NCBI GenBank assembly: GCA_035601575.1
Contig: DATNNZ010000462.1
Span: forward strand, 1,849-65,848
Direction of reading: 5' to 3'
Source: Chthoniobacterales bacterium
GTDB taxonomy: Bacteria; Verrucomicrobiota; Verrucomicrobiia; Chthoniobacterales; JAFAMB01
Length of the DNA: 64,000 nt
Part shown: in pieces, positions 6,918 to 16,398 of the stretch
How positions within the stretch are numbered: the stretch's first letter is position 1
How the letters are laid out: every line of letters starts with the position of its first letter
Made by a program: the position numbers and the translations under genes
Notes under the pieces: generated by a model
Database searches by the model: none
What the model was told of the DNA's origin: nothing
Seen by the model: only the letters and a program-made list of their open reading frames with translations

Positions 6918-8960
6918 CTAGTTAGCTAAATTTGCGGCCCTTTTTCCACTCTCAAATATCATACGCCGAAAACGGACGTTTGCAGGCGTTAGCAGATCTG
7001 GGTCTTGGTCGAGAATAACGCGGGCAATGCCCCGGGCTTCATCGATCAGGTGTCCGTCTCTAAGCAGGTCGGCCAATCGGAGGGGCGGAAGACCGCTCTG
7101 TTCGGTGCCCAGGAGATCGCCCGGACCACGAAACCGAAGATCGGCCTCTGCGATTTCGAATCCATTGTCGCTTTGCTCTAGAATTCGCAGCTTGGCCAAC
7201 GGTACCGGGTCGTCGCTATCGGTCAGGAGCACACAGTAGCTCTGGTGATTGCTACGCCCGATGCGTCCCCTCAACTGATGAAGTTGTGCCAGACCGAAAC
7301 GCTCCGCATTCTCGATCAGCATGACGGTGGCATTGGGTACGTCCACACCGACTTCGATGACGGTGGTCGAGATCAATACTTCAACTTCTCCCGCTCGAAA
7401 ACGGGCCATTACCGATTCCTTCTCTTCTGGAGTCAATCGCCCGTGAAGTAAACCGCACGCAGCCGGAGCCAGGAGCTTGCTCCAGCGAGTAAATTCGGTG
7501 GTTGCCGCTTTGACGCTCAGCGATTCCGATTCCTCAATGACCGGGTAAATAATATAGACCTGACGGCCGGCTTTCAGCCGCTCTTGCAGAAACGCGGTCG
7601 CCTCCGGGAGCTTGGCTGTAGATCTCACTCGCGTGATTACCGGCCGGCGGCCAGCCGGCTTTTCATTGAGGATCGAAACATCGAGATCGCCGTATACCGT
7701 CATCGCCAGCGTGCGGGGGATGGGCGTTGCCGTCATCACTAGCAGGTCAGGCACGGGCGTTCTCTGCACCAGTCGCGCACGCTGGAGGACGCCGAATTTA
7801 TGCTGCTCATCGATAACGACCAGCCCTAGCCGGCAAAAAGAGTCGGCATCGTAGAGCAAAGCATGGGTACCGACGATGGCATCGGCTTCTCCCTCGAGAG
7901 GGAGAAAGGTTTCTTCTTTTCGCACGCTGGTCCGCAAAGCGAGCTTGACACCCAGCGGCTGGAGCCATTCGGTCAACCCTCGATAGTGTTGTTCGGCAAG
8001 CACTTGAGTAGGGGCCATCAGCGCTGCCTGGAACCCAGCTTCGATGACCGACAGCATCGCAGTCACCGCGACGAATGTTTTCCCTGAGCCAACGTCGCCC
8101 TGCAAAAGACGGGCCATCGGTCGAGGTGCAGCCAGGTCGCGATGAATCTCATCCATCGTTCGGAGTTGCGCTTTGGTTGGTTCAAAGAGTAACCGGTCGA
8201 GAAACTTCGCGAGGATCTTTCCGGTTCCCACGTGGGATTCTCCGGCTCCGCTCAGAGCAGTCCGGCGCCGTTGTTCCACCACCAACTGCATCCCGACCAA
8301 CTCGGCCAGGGCCAAGGTTTGGCGCGATTTTTCGAGTTCCTCCCAAGATCCGGGAAAATGGAGTTGCCGGAGGGCCGACCGCAGCGAAGCAACATAGCCA
8401 GGCAAAACCGCCCGGTCCGAGATAGTTTCCAGTTGCTCAACGCTGCGGTATAAGCATTCTCGCAGCGCTCGCTGGCGCAGTCCTTCGGTGAGCGGGTAGA
8501 TGGGCGTAATCCGGTCGAGATGGATCAGGTTTTCGTCAGTCTCGTCAACAATCTCAAATTCCGGGTGGTCGAAATAGATGCGGTTTCGCACCTCTTTGGG
8601 ACGACCGAAAAGAACCACTGTCTGACCCGCTGCTAGCATCCGCTGTACATAATACTGGTTAAACCAGCGACAGGTGACCCGACCGCTCAACGCCGTGCCG
8701 CTACTTTCCTCTACCGTCGCCTCGACAACCTTCCGTCTCGCAAAGTAGCGGCCGGTTATTTTGGTGATGACTCCTCGGATGCAGGTGGGCGTTTCGGAAC
8801 TCGCAGTCGGAAACCGGCCGAATCGAGAGCGATCTTCGTGGCGACGGGGATAATGTTCGAGGAGGTCCCACCAAGTTTCGATTCCGAGCCTCGACAAACC
8901 TCGGTTAAGTGATGGATTGACCCAGGCGAGTTCTCGAATCGGAGTTTCTAAAGGATCCAT
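6918..8960 (-). CDS. recG: ATP-dependent DNA helicase RecG
   Basis: Walker A GDVGSGKT, DEQHKFG box; start moved to ATG 8960 (MDPLETPIRELAW); upstream 55 codons of the ORF look non-coding. Confidence 0.9.
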   Translation of the reverse strand: MDPLETPIRELAWVNPSLNRGLSRLGIETWWDLLEHYPRRHEDRSRFGRFPTASSETPTCIRGVITKITGRYFARRKVVEATVEESSGTALSGRVTCRWFNQYYVQRMLAAGQTVVLFGRPKEVRNRIYFDHPEFEIVDETDENLIHLDRITPIYPLTEGLRQRALRECLYRSVEQLETISDRAVLPGYVASLRSALRQLHFPGSWEELEKSRQTLALAELVGMQLVVEQRRRTALSGAGESHVGTGKILAKFLDRLLFEPTKAQLRTMDEIHRDLAAPRPMARLLQGDVGSGKTFVAVTAMLSVIEAGFQAALMAPTQVLAEQHYRGLTEWLQPLGVKLALRTSVRKEETFLPLEGEADAIVGTHALLYDADSFCRLGLVVIDEQHKFGVLQRARLVQRTPVPDLLVMTATPIPRTLAMTVYGDLDVSILNEKPAGRRPVITRVRSTAKLPEATAFLQERLKAGRQVYIIYPVIEESESLSVKAATTEFTRWSKLLAPAACGLLHGRLTPEEKESVMARFRAGEVEVLISTTVIEVGVDVPNATVMLIENAERFGLAQLHQLRGRIGRSNHQSYCVLLTDSDDPVPLAKLRILEQSDNGFEIAEADLRFRGPGDLLGTEQSGLPPLRLADLLRDGHLIDEARGIARVILDQDPDLLTPANVRFRRMIFESGKRAANLAN

Positions 8961-9155
8961 TGGCTTTTTAGCAGTCCAGCGTCTCTTACCTCCTCCGCAG
9001 TGCCCTGGCCGCGAAGTAGAGTGGCTCTCGTCCGGCAGACGCCGGTCAGTTGGCTGTTTTTCAAGACCGTCCTCCTTCCATCCGTCCGGCTGGGACCGCC
9101 CTGCAGAGGCCCATTTTGATCGCAACGAAGCACATGTTATTTCGCGGACAGGACA

Positions 9156-10853
9156 CTAGCAAGAAGAGCGAATCGCTTCGATCTGCAGTTGCAATTCGAG
9201 ACGGTCCTGGAACCGATTAGCTTCTAAGAAGAACGCGATATCCCAAGGCGGCGGCGGGACCGGGATATTTCCAACTCCAAAGTGAATGGCCCGAAGCAGC
9301 CTTCCGTCGTGGCGGATGCTGAACACCCGATGTTTTTCTTTCAGGAGGCGGTGCTCTCCACCAGGCTCGGCGCCCCGCAAGCAGAACAGTGGCGCTGGAT
9401 TACCGATCCCGAACGGCTGGAGTCGTTCGTATCCGGTCAAAAATTCAAAATTCAAATCCCGGCCGGAAACTACTGCGTCAATGATATACTTGGGAGTTAA
9501 CAGATCTCTGGTTAAACTTTCTCGCGCCGCCGCCAAAAACATTTCAGTAAACGACGCGAGCCGGTCGAATTGCAATGTGACTCCGGCCGCCATCTCGTGT
9601 CCTCCGAATTGAGTTAATTCTCCATCGCAGGCCTCTAGAGCGCGTACGAGCGAAAAGCCAGGGATGCTGCGACCGCTACCTTTTCCGATTCCATCCTCGT
9701 CGAAGCCGATCACGATCGTTGGACGATGGAAATGCCGCATCAATCGAGATGCGACAATGCCTACCACGCCGGGGTGCCAACCGCGCGAACCGACGACGAT
9801 GGCTGCACATAAAGGATCGAACCGATCAGCCAGAAGCGCGAACGCTTCGTCAACCGTAGCCTGCTCGACTGCTTGCCTTTCTCGATTCTGCCGATCGAGC
9901 GATTCGGCCAGCTGGTCCGCTTCGCTAGCGTTCTCGGTCAATAAAAGGTCCAGCGCTTCTTGAGCGGCACCGATTCGGCCGGCCGCGTTAAGACGCGGCC
10001 CGATTCGAAATGCGACTTCGGTGGCTTTTATGGGGCCCTCGACTGCTGTCCGTTGGATAAGAGCGCGCAAACCGATCCATCGACTGGAAGCGAGCCGTTT
10101 GAGTCCGTGGTAGACCAGCGTTCGGTTTTCACCGATTAATGGGGCCAGATCCGCTATCGTCCCGATTGCGATTAGGTCGAGGAAATCCTTCAGATCGACT
10201 TCGGCCAGCCTGCGTTCTTTGAGCAAACCGTGACAAAGTTTGAAAACGAGACCGATCGTACAAAGATAGTGAAAATTCGAACCGGTCTTCGGATTGATGA
10301 GAGCCTGACACTTCGGAAGCTGCGATTTTGGCTCGTGATGGTCAATCACGATGACGTCTATCCCTCCCGCCTTGATCTTGGCGATTTGCTCGATTGAGGA
10401 AGTGCCGCAATCAAGCGCAATGAAAAGTTCCGGCTGAAAAATCTGCAGACAACGATTTACCCCTTCGGCGGACAATCCGTAACCTTCGTCGACCCGGTGG
10501 GGAAGGAATTGGGCCGGTTCGGCGCCGTATGACCGCAAGACTCGAGTAAGCATCGCGATCGAGGTCACCCCATCAACGTCGTAGTCTCCGAAAAGTACGA
10601 TCCGCTCTTTGCGGTCGATTGCATGCAAAATCCGGTTTACCGCCTCTCGGATACCTGACAATAGAAAAGGATCCGATAGATCCTGCAACCTCGGCTGGAG
10701 AAATGTCTTGGCCGTAGCGAGGTCGCCGAACCCAGCCTTGATCAAAAATCGCGAAAGAGCAATGGGAAGTTGAAGTGCCTCGCCGAGAGCGTGAACATTC
10801 GCGTCGGTGTCACCCGGAGGAAATTGCCAGATCCGGTCCGTGTTCGCCCTCAT
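9156..10853 (-). CDS. recJ: Single-stranded-DNA-specific exonuclease RecJ
   Basis: DHH-family motifs DYDVDGVTS, VIDHHEP, FGGHEMAAG. Confidence 0.9.
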   Translation of the reverse strand: MRANTDRIWQFPPGDTDANVHALGEALQLPIALSRFLIKAGFGDLATAKTFLQPRLQDLSDPFLLSGIREAVNRILHAIDRKERIVLFGDYDVDGVTSIAMLTRVLRSYGAEPAQFLPHRVDEGYGLSAEGVNRCLQIFQPELFIALDCGTSSIEQIAKIKAGGIDVIVIDHHEPKSQLPKCQALINPKTGSNFHYLCTIGLVFKLCHGLLKERRLAEVDLKDFLDLIAIGTIADLAPLIGENRTLVYHGLKRLASSRWIGLRALIQRTAVEGPIKATEVAFRIGPRLNAAGRIGAAQEALDLLLTENASEADQLAESLDRQNRERQAVEQATVDEAFALLADRFDPLCAAIVVGSRGWHPGVVGIVASRLMRHFHRPTIVIGFDEDGIGKGSGRSIPGFSLVRALEACDGELTQFGGHEMAAGVTLQFDRLASFTEMFLAAARESLTRDLLTPKYIIDAVVSGRDLNFEFLTGYERLQPFGIGNPAPLFCLRGAEPGGEHRLLKEKHRVFSIRHDGRLLRAIHFGVGNIPVPPPPWDIAFFLEANRFQDRLELQLQIEAIRSSC

Positions 10854-10913
10854 TTTCGGATCATTGCGCGAACTTGCCCATCTTCACGGCCGATCGTTTT
10901 GTCACTATAGCCT

Positions 10914-11714
10914 CTATCTACCATGCCGCCCGATTCCTACGTCCGACTGGCTGCTCGGAGGACGAACAAAGAGACCGCGTGCGGTCAAAAAGGATTTCGC
11001 ATCCGAGACAGTGAACTCCCCAAAATGGAAGATACTGGCCGCCAGCACCGCATCGGCTTTCCCGTCGCGCAGCACCAATTCAAGGTGTTCCAGGGTTCCA
11101 GCGCCGCCGCTAGCGATAACCGGGATTCGAATCGCAGTGCTAACGGCTGCAGTGAGTTCCAGATCGTAGCCATCTTTTGTGCCATCCGCATCCATACTGG
11201 TTAAGAGGATTTCTCCAGCGCCGAGAGACTCCACTTTTTTTGCCCATTCAATCGCATCGAGCGGTGTCGGGTTCCGTCCGCCGTGCGTAAATACGCGCCA
11301 GGAACCGTTGCCCTCTTTTTTTGCGTCAATCGCGACCACAATACATTGCACGCCAAATGTCTCCGCCGCTTCGGAAACCAGCTTTGGATTCTGAATGGCA
11401 GCCGTGTTTATACTGACCTTGTCGGCGCCGGCCAATAGCATGTCACGCACATCGGTGACACTTCGGATGCCGCCCCCTACGGTCAGCGGCATAAAACATT
11501 CATTGGCTGTGCGCTCAACCACGTCAATCATCGTCCTGCGGTGATCAGAAGAAGCCGTGATATCGAGGAACACGAGCTCATCCGCTCCTTGCCGATTGTA
11601 TTCCTTAGCGCATTCAACCGGGTCACCCGCATCACGCAATTGCAGGAAACGGGTTCCTTTAACGACGCGTCCGTCGGTGACGTCGAGGCATGGAATGATT
11701 CTTTTGGCCAGCAT
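10914..11714 (-). CDS. hisF: Imidazole glycerol phosphate synthase, cyclase subunit HisF
   Basis: [20 protein letters not shown].., [11 protein letters not shown]; no other his genes adjacent. Confidence 0.9.
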   Translation of the reverse strand: MLAKRIIPCLDVTDGRVVKGTRFLQLRDAGDPVECAKEYNRQGADELVFLDITASSDHRRTMIDVVERTANECFMPLTVGGGIRSVTDVRDMLLAGADKVSINTAAIQNPKLVSEAAETFGVQCIVVAIDAKKEGNGSWRVFTHGGRNPTPLDAIEWAKKVESLGAGEILLTSMDADGTKDGYDLELTAAVSTAIRIPVIASGGAGTLEHLELVLRDGKADAVLAASIFHFGEFTVSDAKSFLTARGLFVRPPSSQSDVGIGRHGR

Positions 11715-11851
11715 GTGAGCGGTACGCGTAAGTTTAGGTTTCTGTCAACGATCCGCAACAATCGGTGCCGAAAATCCTTGCGCGGGTAGGGCTATACAGT
11801 CCGGCCCGGCATGTGCGGCGCATGAAGCGTCGCCAGACTATTGGCTCACCC

Positions 11852-11917
11852 GCCGCTCGCTGTCGCTCGAGCGTGTATCGCCCTGCCGCTCGCTGTTGCT
11901 CGGGCCTGTATCGCCCT
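11852..11917. repeat. 33-bp direct tandem repeat, two units
   Basis: GCCGCTCGCTGTCGCTCGAGCGTGTATCGCCCT / GCCGCTCGCTGTTGCTCGGGCCTGTATCGCCCT; second unit overlaps the LysR stop codon (11916-11918). Confidence 0.85.
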
Positions 11918-12794
11918 ACCCGCCCGCCAAAAAGCCGATACTTTTCTGCAACGTGTTAAACAGAAGACCGCGTAAAAGGTTAACGACCGGCGATTTTTCA
12001 TTCTGCCTGGAGAGCATATACAACTGGATCGGTGGGAGCACTTTCAAACCAGCTAGTCGATTGTTCATGGTTAAACCTTTGGGAACCCCGAGTGGGGTCC
12101 GAACCGTGACACCGAGCCCAGCCTCCACCGCGGCCCAGGTGCCGGAGAGGCTTGGACTGGTGAAGGTTCGTCGCCATGGCCGGTCTCCCAGATTCTCCAA
12201 CGCGGCCGAGCGGAAAGCACATGGCGCTTCGAATAGTACGAGCTTTAGCTCCTCGTCCGGTTCAGGTGAGCGTTTCCAGATCCAAACCATTGGCAGTTTT
12301 CCGACCGGTTGGGCGATGAACGCCTCACCCGGATCGGTGAACCCGAACATAAGGACCAAATCAAGCCCCCGTCGTTCCAGCGCATGGAGCAGCTCGGTCG
12401 AGCGCTCGACGCGTACGTCCAACTCAATTGCAGGATGGGCGCGACTGAATGAAGCAAGAGCGGAAGGAAGAATTGTTTCGGCGAAATCCTGTAGCATTCC
12501 CAACCGGATCTTTCCACGCATCTTCAGTCCGGCGACCGCTTGCACGGCTTCATCATTTAGCGCGAGTAGCCGGCGAGCGTATTCTAGGAGAACGAGACCG
12601 CCCTCGGTCAGTTGGACGTTGCGACCGGCCTTCTCAAAAAGTTCGACGCCAGCCAAACCTTCGAGACGCCGCATTTGCAAGCTGATCGCTGACTGAGTAC
12701 GACCGACTGAATGCGCCGCATCACGAAAGCTCCCCTGATCATGCGCGAGCGTCAGCGTGCGCAGCAAATCAAGGTCGAATAAAGGCAGATTCAT
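11916..12794 (-). CDS. LysR-family transcriptional regulator
   Basis: N-terminal wHTH FRDAAHSVGRTQSAISLQMRRLE plus LysR substrate-binding domain. Confidence 0.85.
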   Translation of the reverse strand: MNLPLFDLDLLRTLTLAHDQGSFRDAAHSVGRTQSAISLQMRRLEGLAGVELFEKAGRNVQLTEGGLVLLEYARRLLALNDEAVQAVAGLKMRGKIRLGMLQDFAETILPSALASFSRAHPAIELDVRVERSTELLHALERRGLDLVLMFGFTDPGEAFIAQPVGKLPMVWIWKRSPEPDEELKLVLFEAPCAFRSAALENLGDRPWRRTFTSPSLSGTWAAVEAGLGVTVRTPLGVPKGLTMNNRLAGLKVLPPIQLYMLSRQNEKSPVVNLLRGLLFNTLQKSIGFLAGG

Positions 12795-12902
12795 ACATGA
12801 GAAAAATTAATGTATATATACCAATAAATTAAAATTGATAACAGATGAACGCAAGCGTTGATTAGGGCCGTGAGCTATCCAGATTTTTCCAACGCGATTC
12901 TG
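12795..12902. promoter_or_regulatory. AT-rich divergent promoter/operator region between the LysR gene and the DUF4865 gene
   Basis: GAAAAATTAATGTATATATACCAATAAATTAAAATTGATAAC is by far the most AT-rich stretch nearby and has TTAAT..ATTAA symmetry; no site can be assigned with certainty. Confidence 0.3.
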
Positions 12903-13454
12903 ATGCAGTACGAAACACCGTTACCCGATGATTTCGGTATGGAAGGTGTTCGAACTCGAGTCCGGGAAAAGGCGGGAGTCTTTGATCAGTTGCCCGGAAT
13001 GTTCGTCAAATTCTATGCCGTCAACGAAAAGACGAACGCTTCTTTAAACGAATACTCTTCGATTTATTTGTGGTCGAAGCCCAGCTTCCTTACCGAATTC
13101 TTCACCGGCGACTTTTTCGAAAATTATGCCAACGCTTTTGGACGGCCGACTCCGCGATGGGCATTGGCACATCAGGTAAGCGGAGATTTTCGACAACTCC
13201 AACGAACCAGAGCGGCTATTCGACAGACAATCGGAATACCGCGCAAAACGCACATTGGGCAGTTTGTGAAGAGTTGGGCAGAGCGACAGAGTAAATCGGA
13301 CCGTTTGGCTCGGGTCATCGCTCTTGATCCGGTGCGCTGGGAGTTAATCGACTTTCAATTCACGGCCGAGCATGTCGCTCACCCGGTGGGAATGAATGCG
13401 CATCAATACGACATCGTGCACGTATCGCTGCCCGACGCTGCGCATGACAAATAA
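12903..13454 (+). CDS. DUF4865-like protein (unknown function)
   Basis: ATG 12903, MQYETPLPDDFGMEGVRTRVREKAGVFDQLPG..; family name recalled from memory; divergent to the LysR gene. Confidence 0.5.
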   Translation: MQYETPLPDDFGMEGVRTRVREKAGVFDQLPGMFVKFYAVNEKTNASLNEYSSIYLWSKPSFLTEFFTGDFFENYANAFGRPTPRWALAHQVSGDFRQLQRTRAAIRQTIGIPRKTHIGQFVKSWAERQSKSDRLARVIALDPVRWELIDFQFTAEHVAHPVGMNAHQYDIVHVSLPDAAHDK

Positions 13455-13466
13455 CAAATGACAAAA
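13444..13466. repeat. Period-7 tract (TGACAAA type, reverse orientation)
   Basis: atgacaa|ataacaa|atgacaa; the TAA stop of the DUF4865 gene (13452-13454) lies inside it. Confidence 0.65.
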
Positions 13467-13531
13467 GGCAGCCTCGCCTCTCAGCACGTTCGCGCGTCGC
13501 TTGCGTTACCGGCGTTTTCTGCTTTTCTTAG

Positions 13532-14797
13532 CTAGGGGAACAAACCAAATTCTTGCCGAGCTTTCATAACGCGCTCGACCGCTATGGCCAGGGCAGAAAC
13601 GCGATGGGGAATCTTCTGCTGTTTGGCTCGTCGCGTTACCGCCACAAAAGCCTGTTCCATGGTTCTAAAGAGGCGATCGACAATCTCGCTTCGTGTCCAG
13701 AAAAAGTTCTGCAATCCCTGTACCCACTCAAAGTAAGAGACCACTACACCTCCGGCGTTGCACAAGATGTCGGGGATCACGAAAATCTCGTTCCAGCGCT
13801 CAAAAAGAACTTTGTCTGCTTCGGTTGTCGTTGGCCCGTTCGCTGCCTCCGCCAGAATGCGGCAACGCAATTTCGCAGCATTCTGTCCGTTGATCACACC
13901 GCTCACTGCCGCCGGAACCAAGACGTCACAGGGCAAGGTCAATAAATCGTTCGCGCTGATCCGTTCGGCCCCTTCAAAGTTTCGCAGGTCTCCGTTTTCG
14001 AGAACGTAGCTTTGAGCTCGCCAGATATCGATGCCGGTTTTATCGAAATAGCTACCGGAGGTATCACCAAGCCCGATAATTTTCATTCCGTTGCGGTAAG
14101 CCAAACCGTGCGCGACCACCGATCCTACATTACCGAATCCTTGAACGACCGCGCTGCCGCCCGCTAACTTCAATTTTATCATGTCGGCGGCTCGCTCGAT
14201 CAAATAGACGACCCCAAGACCGGTGGCTTCACGGCGGCCGGTTGTTCCGCCGATACTCACAGGCTTTCCGGTCACAATCCCAGGTTCAGAGTATCCGAGG
14301 TAGGCGGAATAGGTGTCCATCAACCAAGCCATCACCCTCTCATCTGTACCCATATCCGGGCCCATAATATCGGACCTAGGGCCGACAAAAGGGATCATTT
14401 CTTGCATGAAGCGCCGAGAAAGCCTCTCAAGTTCGGCAACGCTCAGTTGCCTGGGATCGACGCGCACTCCTCCGGTCGCCCCGCCGTAAGGGAGACCAGT
14501 AAGCGCGCACTTCCAACTCATCCAAATCGCCAAGGCCGCTACCTCTCCCATCGTCAGAGTCGGGGTGAATCTTATCCCGCCTTTGGTCGGGCCCATTGCG
14601 AGGTGATGTTGGACCCTGTAGCCTTCAAAGTTCTCGATCGAGCCATCATCCATTTTCACCGGCAGGGAAACCGCGATACATCGTTTGGGCCAGAAAAGTG
14701 GTTCCCGCATGCTTCGCGAGATATCGAGGTAATCGGCGATTAGCTTAAACTGTTTAGACGCCAGACTGAATGCCGGAGCATCGAAGAAGTGGTCCAT
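13532..14797 (-). CDS. gdhA: Glutamate dehydrogenase (Glu/Leu/Phe/Val dehydrogenase family)
   Basis: GPTKGGIRF active-site motif, GFGNVG dinucleotide fold, 421 aa. Confidence 0.85.
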   Translation of the reverse strand: MDHFFDAPAFSLASKQFKLIADYLDISRSMREPLFWPKRCIAVSLPVKMDDGSIENFEGYRVQHHLAMGPTKGGIRFTPTLTMGEVAALAIWMSWKCALTGLPYGGATGGVRVDPRQLSVAELERLSRRFMQEMIPFVGPRSDIMGPDMGTDERVMAWLMDTYSAYLGYSEPGIVTGKPVSIGGTTGRREATGLGVVYLIERAADMIKLKLAGGSAVVQGFGNVGSVVAHGLAYRNGMKIIGLGDTSGSYFDKTGIDIWRAQSYVLENGDLRNFEGAERISANDLLTLPCDVLVPAAVSGVINGQNAAKLRCRILAEAANGPTTTEADKVLFERWNEIFVIPDILCNAGGVVVSYFEWVQGLQNFFWTRSEIVDRLFRTMEQAFVAVTRRAKQQKIPHRVSALAIAVERVMKARQEFGLFP

Positions 14798-14820
14798 CGG
14801 TCTTGGAGGAGAAGGGGGGA

Positions 14821-14847
14821 GGATTTAGGATCTAGAATCTAAAATCC
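14821..14847. promoter_or_regulatory. 27-bp near-palindrome in the gdh leader
   Basis: GGATTTAGGATCTAGAATCTAAAATCC centred on TCTAGA, 23 nt upstream of the gdh ATG, followed on the mRNA strand by a C/U-rich tract. Confidence 0.25.
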
Positions 14848-14872
14848 GCGAGCTCCGATCAAGTATCAAGAA

Positions 14873-14914
14873 GCCATAGATGATAGCCGATAGCCAATCG
14901 GCGAACCCGCAACC
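14873..14914. repeat. Period-7 tract (GATAGCC type running into GCAACC type)
   Basis: gccatag|atgatag|ccgatag|ccaatcg|gcgaacc|cgcaacc; ends 5 nt from the Fe-ADH stop. Confidence 0.7.
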
Positions 14915-14919
14915 TGTTA

Positions 14920-16092
14920 CTACCTAGCACTGCTTTCCCACACCTTTCGATAGAGTTCTTCGATTTCCTCTGCCGTCGGCACGCGCGGATTGTTTGCGGG
15001 CGAGCCGGAAGCTAATGCCTGGCTCGCCATCGTCGTCAAACTTCCAAACCAATCCGATTCGGCGATTCCGTACTGCGACGGTGTTGGGACCTCCAGTCGT
15101 TGGTTCAGTTCGCGCAGGTTTTCGACAAGGGCTTCCGTTGCACGATCATCGTCCGCGTCGTCCAGCACGAGAGCCATGGCTCTCGCACAATCCGCGTAGC
15201 GCGTCTTAGCTGCGGCGATGGAAAACGCGGTGATCGTGGGCAAAAGCATCGCATTGGATAATCCATGGGGCACGTGGAACTTCGCTCCGATCGGCCGGCT
15301 CATACCATGGACCAACGCGACACTTGAATTGGAGAATGCGATCCCAGCTTGAGTCGCGGCCAGCATCATGGCTTCACGCGCAGGCCGATTTTGCGGATCG
15401 AAACAGGCGGTCGGCAGATTTTTCCAAATCGCTCGCATCGCGGTCCGCGCAAACCCGTCGGCAAATGGATTAGCCAGCTTGCTGACATAGGCTTCGATTG
15501 CGTGGGTCAGCGAGTCGACTCCGGTGTCAGCCGTTAATCGCATCGGCTTGCTCAGCGTCAACTCGTAGTCAACAATCGCCGCAGTTGGCAAGTAAGCGAG
15601 CCCGATGCAGAGCATTTTCTCGCCGGTCTCTTCGTCGGTCACAATCGTGAATCGTGTCGCCTCGGAGCCGGTTCCCGCGGTCGTCGGAATCGCGACAATC
15701 GGCAATCCTGGAATATCCTGTTGATGTGGCGCTTTGTAGTCGCGCATTTTCCCTCCATGCACATTGAGAATTGCGATTGCCTTGGCCGTGTCGATCGAAC
15801 TACCACCGCCTAAACCGATAACGGAGTCGAAGGTTCCATGCCTCAGCGCCTCAAGGCCGGCATCGACCGAGGAAGTAGTCGGGTCCGGCACGCTTCCAGA
15901 AAAGACCACAGCGCCGATGTCAGATTGCTCGAGGATTTCACTGAGCCGATCAGCCAATCCCTGCTTGGTAAAAAAGGCATCGGTGACAATGAGCGGAGCA
16001 CGCAACCCAAGGGTTTGCAACAGTTGTCCGGTTTCTTTGAATGCGCCGCCTCCGATGCGGAGAACTCGCGGCAAAGCAATTTTCGCAATCAT
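14920..16092 (-). CDS. Iron-containing alcohol dehydrogenase
   Basis: GGGSSIDTAKA, HGMSRPIG, HVPHG motifs; 390 aa. Confidence 0.85.
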   Translation of the reverse strand: MIAKIALPRVLRIGGGAFKETGQLLQTLGLRAPLIVTDAFFTKQGLADRLSEILEQSDIGAVVFSGSVPDPTTSSVDAGLEALRHGTFDSVIGLGGGSSIDTAKAIAILNVHGGKMRDYKAPHQQDIPGLPIVAIPTTAGTGSEATRFTIVTDEETGEKMLCIGLAYLPTAAIVDYELTLSKPMRLTADTGVDSLTHAIEAYVSKLANPFADGFARTAMRAIWKNLPTACFDPQNRPAREAMMLAATQAGIAFSNSSVALVHGMSRPIGAKFHVPHGLSNAMLLPTITAFSIAAAKTRYADCARAMALVLDDADDDRATEALVENLRELNQRLEVPTPSQYGIAESDWFGSLTTMASQALASGSPANNPRVPTAEEIEELYRKVWESSAR

Positions 16093-16097
16093 CTAAC

Positions 16098-16364
16098 TCA
16101 GCGGTGAAAACCGCCTCCAAAATGGCGGGCGCCGAAACCATGTCCGTAGAAATGATGCCAACCGTAGTAGTGATGGTAGTGGTATCCTCCGACAATGAAC
16201 TCGCCTCCGTTGTATGGCCCGTATCCGCCATAGTATGGGCCGTAATACGGTCCGCCGTAGACGCCTGGCACATAAGTTCCAACTACGTAGTCACCAGCGC
16301 ACCCAGAGAAGACCAGGGCAATGGTCGCCGCGCCAAACACCAGCACTTTTTTCATCGTCTTCAT
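16098..16364 (-). CDS. Small Gly/Tyr/His-rich lipoprotein, unknown function
   Basis: Signal peptide with lipobox LVFSGC; mature part ..GVYGGPYYGPYYGGYGPYNGGEFIVGGYHYHHYYGWHHFYGHGFGARHFGGGFHR; 5 nt upstream of the ADH start. Confidence 0.6.
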   Translation of the reverse strand: MKTMKKVLVFGAATIALVFSGCAGDYVVGTYVPGVYGGPYYGPYYGGYGPYNGGEFIVGGYHYHHYYGWHHFYGHGFGARHFGGGFHR

Positions 16365-16398
16365 GGTTTAGGAAACGATCGGTCTATCTCGCTGTACT

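Noticed and set aside
8961-9125. 55-codon N-terminal extension of recG
   Set aside because: It is Arg/Gly/Ser-rich sequence without helicase homology. RecG-like sequence starts at MDPLETPIRELAW (ATG 8960).
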